Source: Haliotis rubra (lineage: Eukaryota). Taken from it: DNA of 64,000 bases. The notes under the pieces were generated by a model. The model had not been told where the DNA came from, searched no databases, and was given only the letters and a program-made list of their open reading frames with translations. The translations under genes and the position numbers were made by a program. The DNA lies in NCBI RefSeq assembly GCF_003918875.1, contig NW_025767246.1, positions 930,001-994,000 on the forward strand, in the 5' to 3' direction. Numbering within the stretch: position 1 is the first letter of the stretch; the number at the start of each line of letters is the position of its first letter. Shown here in pieces: positions 25,601 through 39,845 of the stretch.

Positions 25601-26050
25601 ACTAAGTGGACCATCCGTCAATGTAGGGAGAACTTAAATGCCCAATAAATAAGTGCACCATCCGTCAATGAAGGAAGAACTTAAACGTCCTCTACGTACG
25701 TGCACCATCCGTCAATGTATGGAGAAGTTAAACGTCCAATAAGTAAGTGCACCATCCGTCAATGAAGGGAGAACTTAAACGTCCACTACGTAAGTGCACC
25801 ATCCGTCAATGTATGGAGAAGTTAAACGTCCAATAAGTAAGTGCACCATCCGTCAATGAAGGGAGAACTTAAACGTCCACTACGTATGTGCACCATCCGT
25901 CAATGAAGGGAGAACTTAAACGTCCACTACGTACGTGCACCATCCGTCAATGTATGGAGAAGTTAAACGTCCACTACGTAGGTGCACCATCCGTCAATGT
26001 ATGGAGAAGTTAAACGTCCAATAAGTAAGTACACCATCCGTCAAGGTAGG
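22655..26050. repeat. 47-bp satellite array, about 70 copies
   Basis: Unit aagtgcaccatccgtcaatgtatggagaagttaaacgtccactacgt, period 47 (22981, 23028), occasional 48-bp variant. Confidence 0.97.
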
Positions 26051-26960
26051 GAGAGTTTAGGCGTCTAACACCAGAGAATACCATCCGTAAATGTAGTGAG
26101 CAGTAAAAGTCCCTAAACCACTTGTGAATGTAAGGAAAAGTTAGACGCTTACATCCAGAGTAAAAGAGTTAGATTCCACGTGCTTCATTTCAGAACTCGA
26201 CAACGTCGAGATAAGTTAAACCCCACAACTACAATATACCATCCGTCAATGTTGGGAGAAGTTAGATTCACATTCTTTAGTACAGAACTCGTTAACGTCG
26301 AGATAAGTTAAACCCACAACTACAATATACCATCCGTCAATGTTGGGAGAAGTTAAACCCACAACTACAATATACCATCCGTCAATGTTGGGAGAAGTTA
26401 GATTCACATTCTTTAGTACAGAACTCGTTAACGTCGAGAGATGTTAGACCCTTACAACTATAATATACCACAATTCAACGTAGAGAGAAGTTAGATTCCA
26501 CATTCTTTAGTACACCACTCGTCAACGTAGAGAGAAGTTAGACACCTACCGCTACATTATACCATCCTTCAATGTATGGAGAAGATAGATTCCACATTTG
26601 TAGAACACTACTCGTCAACGTAGAGAGAAGTTAGACCCCTACCGCTACAATATACCATCCTTCAATGTATGGAGAAGTTAGATTCCACATTTGTAGAACA
26701 CTACTCGTCAACGTAGGGAGAAGTTAGATTCCACATTCTTTAGTACGAAACTCGTTAACATAGGGAGAAGGTAGACCCCTACAACTACAATATTCCATCC
26801 TTCAATGCAGGGAGAAGTTAGATACCACGTTCTTTAGTACGAAACTCGTTAACATAGGGAGAAGTTAGACCCCTACAACTACAATATTCCATCTTTCAAT
26901 GCAGGGAGAAGTTAGATACCAAATTCTTTAGTACACCACTTGTCAACGTAGGGAGAATTA
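26050..26960. repeat. Diverged, largely dimeric extension of the 47-bp satellite
   Basis: Alternating monomers ...ttccacattctttagtac..ctcgtcaacgtagagagaagttag and ...cccctacaactacaatataccatccttcaatgtatggagaagttag. Confidence 0.88.
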
Positions 26961-28040
26961 CGGTAGATTCCAATCACTGCGGTACACAACACAGTTCACG
27001 TGGAATATGTTTTGCTCACCTTTGCATTCAGACCACTCACGTGACCTTAGATAAATCCAAACATCCGGTGGGTATAAATGAAAGTAACGATTATCATATT
27101 TATGTAGCGATCACATTAGCGAGAGGATGTTCTAATCGATAAAAGATATATACCGTTGCGTCACGTGAAACCGTCAGACACAGTGATGTAGTACCTGCTT
27201 CCGGCCATGGCACAATATTGGCAATATTTGTCTTGTAGTCAACCATTTCTCGGATATTGAATTACGTCTTTACGAGAACACACATGGCTAATGCCCAATC
27301 AAAGTCGCAACAACCAAGTATTTGTTTTGCATCTATATATTTCTGTCCTTAAAACAGACGATTTTACAAGGATATAAAGGCACCGTAAATGAATTGCCTT
27401 TGTTTGGTTGCAGAACGCCCATGGTGTATTGTGTCTATGAGCTTTTCTGAGATACAATTCGTGGCTTAGTAATATAACTGTCTGAATCAGTCTGCTTGTC
27501 TTGTCAGTTTTATATTACGAGTTTTTTGGAATGATCAGTGGAGACAGGTGTTGTAACAGGTAAAACACATTGTGTAGATTGTATTGCTTCAATATACAAT
27601 CATGAATATGGACATATGCACACATTTATCCAATTGTACCTACAATGTCATGACGCAATGGAAGTAGTTTGTAGGTCGCAGACAGCAATACAGCAGTGAA
27701 GTGTACCTTCCATTTGAATGTCGGATTCTGATTGGCTGAAATCCATTCTATTTTCAGTGCACTGCGATGACATTTTTTACACTTACATTTTTTAACACTG
27801 CCGAACGGTTAGTATTACATTCGCAACATACCGACCGCAAATTTGTATCTCGAATACATCATGTCAGACGTCATTCTCCCGGACATTTACGGCTTTTCCC
27901 GAATGAAATATAACTAAGGGGCATAACTCTTTGTCGTTTTTCCGTCGTCTGCTTTTTTCGATGAATGTGAACAATAATGGAGTGTTTCAATGACTAACTG
28001 TGGTATCCTACCGAAAGGTACCAAAGGATGCCAGCATAAT

Positions 28041-28241
28041 TCATGCGTCGAATATACTTAAGTCCCCGGTAAAATGTATTCGATGTCTTCCCGTTTTTTC
28101 GGACGATATTAGTTGGTCTACCTCTCGGAACAGACGGTAAATTATCGGGTTTAGGTTTGGTAATAAAGTGGATGATAGTATGAGTATTAATCCACGTTGT
28201 CGGGGATGATGGGTACCAGTCAGGTCGAGCTTTATTGCCAT
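28041..28241 (-). pseudogene. Probable decayed LINE AP-endonuclease fragment
   Basis: IIYR....IHFTGDLSIFD resembles APE motifs IYRPP...IL.GD.NID. Confidence 0.4.
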
Positions 28242-29769
28242 CCGATTCTCATGTGGTACACGGAGCTTAGTCTACCTGGAATTCCCCAAAAGAAAACCAC
28301 TTAAGTGAAAAATATGACTTTAGCAAGGCATGGATACCCAACCGTCAAAGACGTGCCAGTTTCTTGTTGTGAGTTACCTCCCTTAGGCACCTAAGGATCC
28401 TGTGATTCTTCGGTGGGTCGCTTGATTATGTTTCTAGGTTTGTCAGCTATACCTGTGGTGGTGAGTATCACTAAAGTGGTAAATGTCTGAGACTTGCATT
28501 ATATCAAGGCAAATATACATAAGGCCTCACCTGACATCAAATATTCGACAAAAAGACTTTTCAAAAGGTTAATTTGGGAAAGACATTTGCAAAAAAAATA
28601 ATTGTTTTATTAATTTTAAAATGCTGCACCAAGTCTAGTCTTATCGTCGCTACTCCATTTATAATACATACCAATATTGAAAATAAAATAACATACTTCA
28701 GCTAATGTCTTACCTCCTGTAATTTGTTATCTCGGTTGGATGGCGCCTCGTCAGAAGCTTATCGGTAGAAGATATATGTTTTGATTAAATTATTCATTCA
28801 CGTACACATGAACACAAGCATGCTCACGCACACACGCTAATGTTGTATATATTGTAATTTGCTGCAGTCGACTGCAGTCGCCACGGGCGACTCATTCGCC
28901 GTGTAGAGTTACGTCCCTTTGGCGTGGCGATCGTGGGTTCTAAACCTGCTAATGTTTCTAGGCTAGCCAGCACCACATCCTGCTCGCGGGTCTCGACAAC
29001 AGGGCAAATGTCTCAAACCTAACATTACCGGCTTTCATCCACATGAAGTTGACATTCTGTGACATCAGAAATATTGTTAACAGCAGCGTTAATCAAAACT
29101 CACTCACTGGTGCATGTCAAGCGTATTAGAACCGAGCATTAGCAGTTAAACTCAGCAGGTGAACTTGCTTTTGCAGACTTCACTTAGATGCCCTGCTTTG
29201 TATCTCGATCCTTAGATTTGAACAAATCAATAAAATGTAAGATGGCGAAAAAGCACCAATTTTAGCTAATCATAACGGTATTATCCTTTCATCCTGTTTT
29301 GTCCTGCAAAGCTGTGTATTTTGTATAACAGGAGATCGATGAGTCCAAACAGAATATACAACGTCAATATTTTCCCATATCGAGAAAGAAAATAAGAATA
29401 TTTCAAACATTGCAAAATATAGTTTACAGTTGTCACACAAGTTTGCTTTCAGTAAACGTTCATTAATGTTGACAGCTTGTCAGAGAGCGCGTTAGTTCAT
29501 AATCAATATTTCTTGTCATTACACCTTGTTTCCATCTCGTCATTCCGAGGTCATGTAATCTGAGGTCGACTGACAGAGACGATACTACCGTTGTTTCATT
29601 CGACACTAGAGAACACTAATATCAGATAGCAGATATCAGAACACTGATATCAGACCATAGATATCAGATCACAGAAATAACTGCAGCACATTCCGCCATT
29701 ACACATCAACATACTCTAAGAAATGTAACCAGAAAATCGATTTTTAGGTTTACCGACTTCAAAGAGAAA

Positions 29770-30900
29770 TGAAAAGATTGATCAATGGCTTTGTCGGGGG
29801 CAATCAGCATGAAGCGCTTGTTACATTAGAAGGTCATATCTATAAGAGAGGTAATAATAGATTCAGATATGGAAATATAACGATGCAAAGAGGTTAGATT
29901 CAGCTCAAGATATATCTTTGATCAATTCCGATGAGACTATTGGAATCGCCTTTCTTATAACCTAAAACTCCTGCATTCTCAGACTTCATTGCCTTTGTTT
30001 GAAAAATTACTTCTTGTCTCAAAGATGTGTTCAGATGAACAGCTAAGATAAGTATTATCCCACAAGGAAATATACCAAGTATTTTTATGTATTGATTTGA
30101 CTATCACCTTTTGTTATCGGGTTCGTCTACTAAAGATTCGCTTCTCGGCTAGTGGTATTGGATGATTTGCCACAGTAATATTTGAATAGATATCTTGTAG
30201 AACTCATAACCGTTCTCCGTCTTATTGGTGTGCTGATATAATCTAGATTGACTTCGATCTGAACTGTTTACACACAAAGATATGAATATAAGATAACTGC
30301 GATTCAGACTTAAATGCTGGAATATTTCAGTACTCGTTTTCGGTTGATTATAAGATCATATAATTGCCCATTACCGAAGATGAAATGTCAACTGTAGTAT
30401 TATCAAAACAAAAAATATATATCAATTTGATAAAACAAAAATTGAGATAATGGAACGGCTCTTTTATGCGAAATATCTGCAAATATTTAACCTTTCAATT
30501 AATAGTGAGCTCGAGTACTTGGAGATTGGTCAGGCAGGTGCAGTTTAGCTTTAACTTTGCAAAGAGATAGAGCTAAATTAGTTCATCCAGATAGCTGAAT
30601 CAAGTTAGCCATCTGGCAAAATTATCCAAATTAAAACATATACCTTTAGGCTTTTTTGATAGTCATTCGCTGAGACTATTAACTTCAAATCTCTTCTTGC
30701 CTGAAGCTGGGCAGTCTCATTTGTCATATAATAAGAACAGTAGTGATATTTGAATCTACGTTCATGTCGGCTTTGAGCTGTAGACCAAATGAATGCCATT
30801 GTGTTGGGAGGTACATGTAGGCATATTACTTTAGGTGTGTGTGTAGATATGCTTCTTTGGGTATGTGGGTGGACATATTTCTTTCTACCGAAGACTTACC
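29770..30900 (-). pseudogene. Possible decayed Penelope-like element; extent uncertain
   Basis: KRFMLIAPDKAID at 29780-29820 resembles the PLE pre-RT motif V.PADK..N; the rest is AT-rich and unreadable. Confidence 0.35.
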
Positions 30901-31030
30901 AGTAGATTGCAGAATGGTTTTGCTCTTTTTCGACGTCTGAACATTGAAACAACCTCGGATGTTTTACTGAAGGATAACGATCAAATATCATCAAACTGCA
31001 CAGTCACATATCATCATCAGTAAGGTCACA

Positions 31031-31652
31031 CCTACAATACCATCTAATATGACATCATATAGCCCGCTCCTACAATACCATCTAATATGACATCATATAG
31101 CCCGCTCCTACAATACCATCTAATATGACATCATATAGCCCGCTCCTACAAATACCATCTAATATGACATCATATAGCCCGCTCCTACAATACCATCTAA
31201 TATGACATCATATAGCCCGCTCCTACAATACCATCTAATATGACATCATATAGCCCGCTCCTACAATACCATCTAATATGACATCATATAGGCCGCTCCT
31301 ACAATACCATCTAATATGACATCATATAGCCCGCTCCTACAATACCATCTAATATGACATCATATAGGCCGCTCCTACAATACCATCTAATATGACATCA
31401 TATAGCCCGCTCCTACAATACCATCTAATATGACATCATATAGGCCGCTCCTACAATACCATCTAATATGACATCATATAGCCCGCTCCTACAATACCAT
31501 CTTATATGACATCATATAGCCCGCTCCTACAATACCATCTAATATGACATCATATAGCCCGCTCCTACAATACCATCTAATATGACATCATATAGCCCGC
31601 TCCTACAATACCATCTAATATGACATCATATAGCCCGCTCCTACAATACCAT
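31031..31652. repeat. 38-bp minisatellite, about 16 near-identical copies
   Basis: Unit cctacaataccatctaatatgacatcatatagcccgct. Confidence 0.96.
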
Positions 31653-31659
31653 CTCATTG

Positions 31660-33800
31660 CACCTTCACATAGCATCATCATATAGGCCGCTCCAATAGTA
31701 CCATCTAATAGCATCATCATATAGGCCGCTCCTATAGTACCATCTAATAGCATCATCATATAGGGCACTTCTACAGTACCATCTAATAGCATCATCATAT
31801 AGGGCACTTCTACAGTACCATCTAATAGCACCATCATATAGGGCACTTCTACAGTACCATCTAATAGCATCATCATATAGGGTACTTCTACAGTACAATC
31901 TAATAGCGTCATAATATAGGACACTTCTACAGTACCATCTAATAGCATCATCATATAGGGCACTTCTACAGTACAATCTAATAGCATCATAATATAGGCC
32001 ACTCCTATAGTACCATCTAATAGCATCATCATATAGGGCACTTCTACAGTACCATCTAATAGCATCATCATATAGGGCACTTCTACAGTACAATCTAATA
32101 GCATCATAATATAGGCCACTCCTATAGTACCATCTAATAGCATCATAATATAGGACACTTCTACAGTACCATCTAATAGCATCATCATATAGGGCACTTC
32201 TACAGTACAATCTAATAGCATCATAATATAGGCCGCTCCTATAGTACCATCTAATAGCATCATCATATAGGGCACTTCTACAGTACTATCTAATAGCATC
32301 ATAATATAGGACACTTCTACAGTACCATCTAATAGCATCATCATATAGGGCACTTCTACAGTACCATCTAATAGCATCATAATATAGGCCACTCCTACAA
32401 TACCATCGAATAGCATCGTCATAAAGGCCACTCTAACAGTATCATTTAATAGCATCATCATATAGGCCGCTTCTACAGTACCATATAATAGCATCATAAT
32501 ATAGGCCACTTCTACAATACCATCTAATAGCATCATAATATAGGGCACTTCTACAGTACCATCTAATAGCATCATAACATAGGGCACTCCTACAGTACCA
32601 TCTAATAGCATCATAACAGAGGGCACTCCTACAGTACCATCTAATACCATCATAATATAGGGCACTCCTACAGTACCATCTAATACCATCATAATATAGG
32701 GCACTCCTACAGTACCATCTAATGCCATCATAATATAGGTCACTCCTACAATACCATCGAATAGCATCGTCATAAAGGCCGCTCTAACAGTATCATTTAA
32801 TAACATCATCATATAGGGTACTTCTACAGTACCATCTAATACCATCATAATATAGGCCACTCCTACAATACCATCTAATAGCATCATAATATAGGGCACT
32901 TCTACAGTACCATCTAATAGCATCATAACATAGGGCACACCTACAGTACCATCTAATAACATCATAATATAGGGCACTCCTACAGTACCATCTAATACCA
33001 TCATAATATAGGGTACTCCTACAGTACCATCTAATACCATCATAATATAGGTCACTCCTACAATACCATCGAATAGCATCGTCATATAGGCCGCTCCTAC
33101 AGTACCATCTAATAGCATCATCATATAGGGTACTTCTACAGTACCATCTAATAGCATCATAACATAGGGCACTCCTACAGTACCATCTTATACCATCATA
33201 ATATAGGCCGCTCCTACAGTACCATCTAATAGCATCATCATATAGGGCACTTCTACAGTACCATCTAATAGCAACATAACATAGGGCACTCCTACAGTAC
33301 CATCTTATACCATCATAATATAGGCCGCTCCTATAGTACCATCTAATAGCATTATCATATAGGGTACTTCTACCGTACCATCTAATAGCATCATAATATA
33401 GGCCGCTCCTACAGTACCATCTAATAGCATCATCATAAAGGGTACTTCTACAGTACCATCTAATATCATCATCACATAGGGTACTTCTACAGTACCATCT
33501 AATAGCATCATAATATAGGACACTTCTATAATACCATCTAATAGCATCATCATATAAGGCACTTCTACAGTACCATCTAATAGCATCATCATATAGGGTA
33601 CTCCTGCAGTACCATCTAATAGCATCATCATATAGGCCGCTTCTACAGTACCATCTAATAGCATCATCATATAGGCCGCTCCTACAGTACCATTTAATTG
33701 CACAATCATATAGGCCGCTTCTACAATACCATCTAATAGCATCATCATATAGGGCACTCCTACACTACCATCTAATGACATCATCATATAGGGCACAGTA
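31660..33800. repeat. 39-bp minisatellite, about 55 variable copies
   Basis: Unit ctacagtaccatctaatagcatcatcatatagggcactt; explains the 13-aa-periodic 531-aa ORF. Confidence 0.96.
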
Positions 33801-33839
33801 TACACCCAACATTAAAATTCAACACCAACACCGAGCAAA

Positions 33840-36090
33840 GCAGTCCTACAGCAACACCGATCAGTACAATCCTACAGTAACACCCAGTAATACAATCCTA
33901 CAACACCCAGTAATACAATCCTACAACACCTAGCAATACAATCCTACAACGCCTAACAATACAATCCTACAGCAACACCCAACAAATTGATCCTATAGCA
34001 CCATTTTTACGAGACAACAATAAAATCCTACAAGTCGATCGATACAAGCAATACAATCCTGCTGGATTACCCAACAATACAACCCTACAACCCCGGCCAA
34101 CAATACAACCCTATAACCCAGTCCAACAATACAACCCTACAACTCAGTCCAATAATATAATCATGAACCCCGGCCAACAATACAACCCTACAACCCAGTC
34201 CAACAATACAATCCCACAACCCAGTCCAATAATATAATCATAAACCCCGGTCAACAATACAACCCTACAACCCAAGACAACAATACATACTCACAACCCA
34301 GTTCAACAATACAACCCAGTCCAACAGTACATACTCACAACCTTGGCCAACAATACAATCCTACAACCCAGTCCAACAATACAATCCCACAACCCTGTCC
34401 AACAATACAATCCCACAACCCAGTCCAACAATACAATCCCACAACCCTGTCCAACAATACAACCCTACAACCCAAGACAACAATACATACTCACAACCCA
34501 GTCCAACAATACAATCCCACAACCCACTGCAACAATACAACCCTACAACCCAAGGCAACAATACATTCTCACAACCCAGTCCAACAATACAATCCCACAA
34601 CCCAGTCCAACAATACAATCTCACAACCCAGTCCAACAATACAATCCCACAACCCAGTTCAACAATACAACCCAGTCCAACAATACATACTCACAACCTT
34701 GGCCAACAATACAATCCCACAACCCAGTCCAACAATACAACCCTACAACCCCGGCCAACAATACAACCCTATAACCCAGTCCAACAATACAACCCTACAA
34801 CCCAGTCCAATAATATAATCATGAACCCCGGCCAACAATACAACCCTACAACCCAGTCCAACAATACAATCCCACAACCCAGTCCAATAATATAATCATA
34901 AACCCCGGTCAACAATACAACCCTACAACCCAAGACAACAATACATACTCACAACCCAGTCCAACAATGCAATCCCACAACCAAGTCCAACAATACAATC
35001 CCACAACCCAGTCCAACAATACAATCCCACAACCTATTGCAACAATACAACCCTACAACCCCGGTCAACAATACAACCCTACAACCCCGGTCAATAATAC
35101 AACCCAAGACAACAATACATACTCACAACCTCGGCCAACAATACAATCCCACAACCCAGTCCAACAATATAATTCTAAAATCCCGGTCAACAATACAACC
35201 CTAGAACCCAAGACAACAATACATACTCACAACCTCGGCCAACAATACAATCCCATAACCCAGTCCAACAATACAATCCCACAACCCAGTCCAACAATAT
35301 AATCCCACAACCCATTGCAACAATACAACCCTACAACCCCCGGTCAACAATACAACCCTACAACCCAAGACAACAATACATACTCACAACCTCGGCCAAC
35401 AATACAATCCCACAACCAAGTCCAACAATACAATCCTACAACCCACTGCAACAATACAACCCTACAACCCAAGACAAACAATACATACTCACAACCCAGT
35501 CCAACAATACAATCCCACAACCCACTGCAACAATACAACCCTACAACCCAAGGCAACAATACATTCTCACAACCCAGTCCAACAATACAATCCCACAACC
35601 CAGTCCAACAATACAATCTCACAACCCAGTCCAACAATACAATCCCACAACCCAGTTCAACAATACAACCCAGTCTAACAATACATACTCACAACCTTGG
35701 CCAACAATACAATCCCACAACCCAGTCCAACAATACAATCCCACAACCCTGTCCAACAATACAATCCCACAACCCAGTCCAACAATACAATCCCACAACC
35801 CTGTCCAACAATACAACCCTACAACCCAAGACAACAATACATACTCACAACCCAGTCCAACAATACAATCCCACAACCCAGTTTAACAATACAACCCTAC
35901 AACCCAAGACAACAATACATACTCACAACCCAGTCCAACAATACAATCCCACAACCCAGTTCAACAATACAATCCCACAACCCAGTCCAACAAATACAAT
36001 CCCACAACCCATTGCAACAATACAACCCCACAACCCATTGCAACAATACAACCCCACAACCCATTGCAACAATACAACCCCGGCCAACAT
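33840..36090. repeat. 26-bp A/C-rich minisatellite with internal block duplications
   Basis: Unit caacaatacaatcccacaacccagtc. Confidence 0.95.
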
Positions 36091-39000
36091 TACATCCTTC
36101 ATCATCACCCAGCAATAAATGAACCCTCATCCCCGTCCACCAGCACAGTTCAAGGCTGAAACAGAAGGCAGAGAGCTGTCATATTGATGTATTAACAAGT
36201 TGCCAATACAGTACTCAGCTGGCCCTTCGCCATGTCCACCGATAGCTGCAGCGCTACAGGGGGACATATATAGCTGAAATCTTGTATCATATTCATCAGC
36301 TTGTCAAGGATCAACCTCTAACGACCCTCATCTGTCCCTGCTTCACCTTGTTTCGATGCATCTCAATATATCACAGTGTCCCTCTCTGACATCATCACTG
36401 CTGATTATCTACTCAGACGAACAAAAGTTGTGTGTTTGAAACTAATATTCTTTGGTATAATGGATCCAGTTCCAGCGAAGTCCCCGTTGATTGGGAACAC
36501 CTCGTAGCTGTTCCATTAATCCTAGTTTATCGCAGTCTGGATTGTCATCTGGGCAGTCCACATCCATCAGCATCATATAATTGCCAATTTCTAATACATA
36601 AAGTGATGGCAGTGGCGTGGACATGCTTTGTAGTTAGCTAGGTAAGATGTGACTGTTTTCCAAGCATCCGCAATGCCCATGTGAAATTCATCCCATCAAA
36701 AGGTCTACAAGTCAATGAATAAGGCCACAAATGTAAAACAAAAGTATGTGAAATATTCAATTTTAGCACGTAAATACGTCATGATGTATGTGCTGGGAGG
36801 CCACTAGACGCGCTGAACTGGTCTTTGTGGCGTTGTCAGCAATTGTATACAGAAAAATCACAAGCCAGGAGGATCGTTGGATTGCAAGGCAGTATTCCAA
36901 TACCCGGGAGAGGACTCGAGTTATTGGCAAAAAGCCTTTCTGTCACTTTTGCGAAGAGCATTCGTTGATTGCCTGGCTGTCTGTGAAAAAACTGTCTTGG
37001 GCCCATTCACTACGCTTCAGACCACGGATGGAGCTTTTGTATTGTAGGATGGAATGTGAACATGACCTCACCCTTCCACCACCAATCATGCTGTCGGTAT
37101 CTACATCATGGATCTCTCTGATCCCTCACTGACATCAAGTGGACGATTTTCTAAACACCGGACCGCCGTTCCAACTGCTACAAATGAGCGCCATCAATTC
37201 AATAAGTTACTGCCACAACTCTGATGATGTTTCCTTGTATGTTTCTACCGAGCATGCCCTTGTAAGCTACTACACCAATCCGGAGTGTCAATCACGGAAC
37301 GCGTGATGCGGCACACATCCTGATTGCTACAATTCCGTGTGGACCAAGAGATCATCTCATTCAGCAAACTCCAAACAACACAACAAAGGATCTCAATCTC
37401 CGAGAAGGGAAATAAGTGTGGACATAGGAACAGGTTCATTATTGTAGATGACGGTGAAAGCTGACGTGTATTTCAGGAAATCGATGAAGATGTGTATTTG
37501 AAGCTTTTTTTGCCATTAGTCATGCTTTCAATGTATATTTTTTTAAGGTTTTAGTAAACAATATTTATATATTTCTAAAAAATACCTTTTAATCGTTTAA
37601 AAAACAAAAGTTGTTCAGGTAAAGAGTAATGTCAAATTTCTAAAAATAACTTCAGGGAACATAACAGGTGGCTGCTGGCTTTGAGATGTACGTGTAGAGA
37701 TTGTTCCTATGTATAGAGTACTTGGGTGTTAGGATGACAGCAACTTCGACTGAGGACGACGTTGAACCGAGGACGTAGTCCTTGCATATGTCAGTCAGTT
37801 CCATCAGTCTGGGAGATAGACGGATCACCTCCTCCACTCTGTCCTCCTCTAGCAGATGGTCCTGCTGCTTAGTGCCCCCAACTAACGAGGTGGATGCCTT
37901 GAGGACCCTTCACATGTCCAAGCCTCCTCACCCCGTCCCCTGCCCTGGTCGTAACGCTACTGAGTAAACATAAGTATTGATCCGGTCCAACGCCATGTGG
38001 ATGTCTTTATAGACTTATCGCGAGCCTATTGTGCCCCTTCTTCGCCTCTCATGATAACGTCCGTATTTCAGTCTACAGAAATATAATATCCATAACCCGA
38101 AGACGGTGTTGCTAGACTGTAGAAGTCAATTGAGGAGGTTCGCCGAGCCAGCTATGAGCTCCGTCTGTGAGACCTACAGCCATCCCCAGTTACTGATACA
38201 GAGCTGTTAACAAACAGGCGTGATCGCGGACATTATATCTGATTGGTATTGACTTCAATTTTCATTTACCCATATATCAGCCTTGGAACCCGTCGGACCT
38301 CACAAAAGCCTTCAGCTCCTCCTGGCCCATCATACAGGCAATAAGGAAAAAGAATCGACGTTGTACACTTTATTATCAAATTTGATTGCCTCGGCAACAC
38401 TTACTCAAATCAAAGTATATTTTTCTATTATGCACTGTTGACATAACAATGTTGCAGGTTCCCCTCTTTGACCAAATCGATGAGATGACGGTGTCATTCG
38501 ACACTCAGTCTCCTCCTCATCCCTGGGGAGGGGAGTCAGATTTACAGATGCTCTGTTGCTGTCCAGATGACCCCAAGGAACTCCCGGAAAAGCCGTGCGG
38601 CAATGAACACCGACGATCTATTTTGCTGTTTATTATTTAATAATTTAAGCAATGCTTTTCTCTAACCGGGAACACTGCAAAAACATTCCTGTTGATTAGA
38701 TTTGAAAGTTGTTATGAAAAACGCTCAACATCGCCCAAAGCGGAGGTAGATTTGTACCGAGATCCGGTGAAGATTGGCGGGATGGTGTGGCAAGTACCAA
38801 CAACACGTTCCTTATCTTTTAAACTGTAATCAATAGCATGCATTCTTCAATGAACCTCACTGGTTGCCTAGTGTAATTGTAAATTGGTTGAATGCAGAAA
38901 ACTAAAAGAATTCAGATTCATAAGAAAAGGTAACTTATGATAATCTTTCTCGTTGCGCTATGAAGAGTCACCGCAAAAAATACGCACCGTGTAATTACCA

Positions 39001-39387
39001 GTTTCCGAATCGATACACAGCTCCCTCTAGCGGTGAGTTAATATTAAGCTGTCAAATAGGAATCTGCGGACTGCTGACAACTCCAAATTGTTCCTCCACA
39101 TTGACGTTTTATTATATAACAAAGATATCAACATTGTTATGGGTGGTTCTGTGTCAGAGCCTAGTCACTTTCCAATGAGAGAATTGGATTTGTCAACTCT
39201 TTGAATAGTATTTCAGTGGCAGCCGCACGTCAGCGTAAAGTGATACTGGTCTCGACGCTTACCCCTTTGATGACACGGGTAGTCTGCTTACAAAACAAGA
39301 ATCGTGATTAGTTCGAATCTGGGATTCAAACCCACGATCATGGAATTCTGGGGTGCTCTGAGCAGGGTATCAATGTGTCTTAAACAA

Positions 39388-39845
39388 GTGAGTGAGTATG
39401 GTTTTACGCCGTTTGGAAATACAGTCGAAACCCAATGTCTCGAACTCGGTTGAGACACATTCTCGGTTGTGTCGAACTCTTCTTTCGGTCCCTGCCGATT
39501 TCCTTATGTTATCATTTTTTTTACCCTGATGTCTCGAACTAGATGTGTCGAATTCCCGATTATGTCGAACTCATTTTAGGGTCCAAAAGCCCTTATAAAT
39601 ACAAATTTACCCTTTTGTCTCGAACTGTCAAAGTTGGTTCTTGCAACTGAAAACTTCATTCGCGAAATCAAAAGTCATGTTCATAAACGACGAGTTCGAC
39701 ACAACCGGATTTGACTGTATTTTATGCAAAACCACGACGAGGGAGAACAGAAATGGGTTTTAACCTTATACCCATGTGGAGAATGGAAACTGGTCTTCGC
39801 CGTGAGGAGCGATAGCTTTAACTGTTAGACTATCCAACCGACTCC
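39388..39845 (-). mobile_element. Old SINE-A copy split by a MITE
   Basis: Tail gtgagtgagtatggttttacgccg at 39388-39412; body and head resume after 39719 (agaaatggg...tacccatgtgg...gtcttcgccgtgaggagcg). Confidence 0.8.
39422..39717. mobile_element. pogo/Tigger-like MITE
   Basis: TA|cagtcgaaaccc...tctcgaactcg and cgagttcgacacaaccggatttgactg|TA; internal reiterated tgt[c/g]tcgaact motifs. Confidence 0.88.

Noticed and set aside
22655-26960. CRISPR-like repeat-spacer array
   Set aside because: Variable parts are point variants of one unit, not unique spacers; no cas genes; eukaryotic context
28041-28241. LNPIIY as a GPCR TM7 NPxxY motif
   Set aside because: No transmembrane context; the downstream TGDLSI fits a LINE endonuclease better
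30925-30990. Possible further hammerhead remnant
   Set aside because: Neither the core nor the stems can be reconstructed
31577-33172. 531-aa ORF with PYMMMLLDGTVEV repeats
   Set aside because: It is a by-product of a 39-bp (multiple of 3) minisatellite, has no unique flanking domain, and breaks at the 38-bp units
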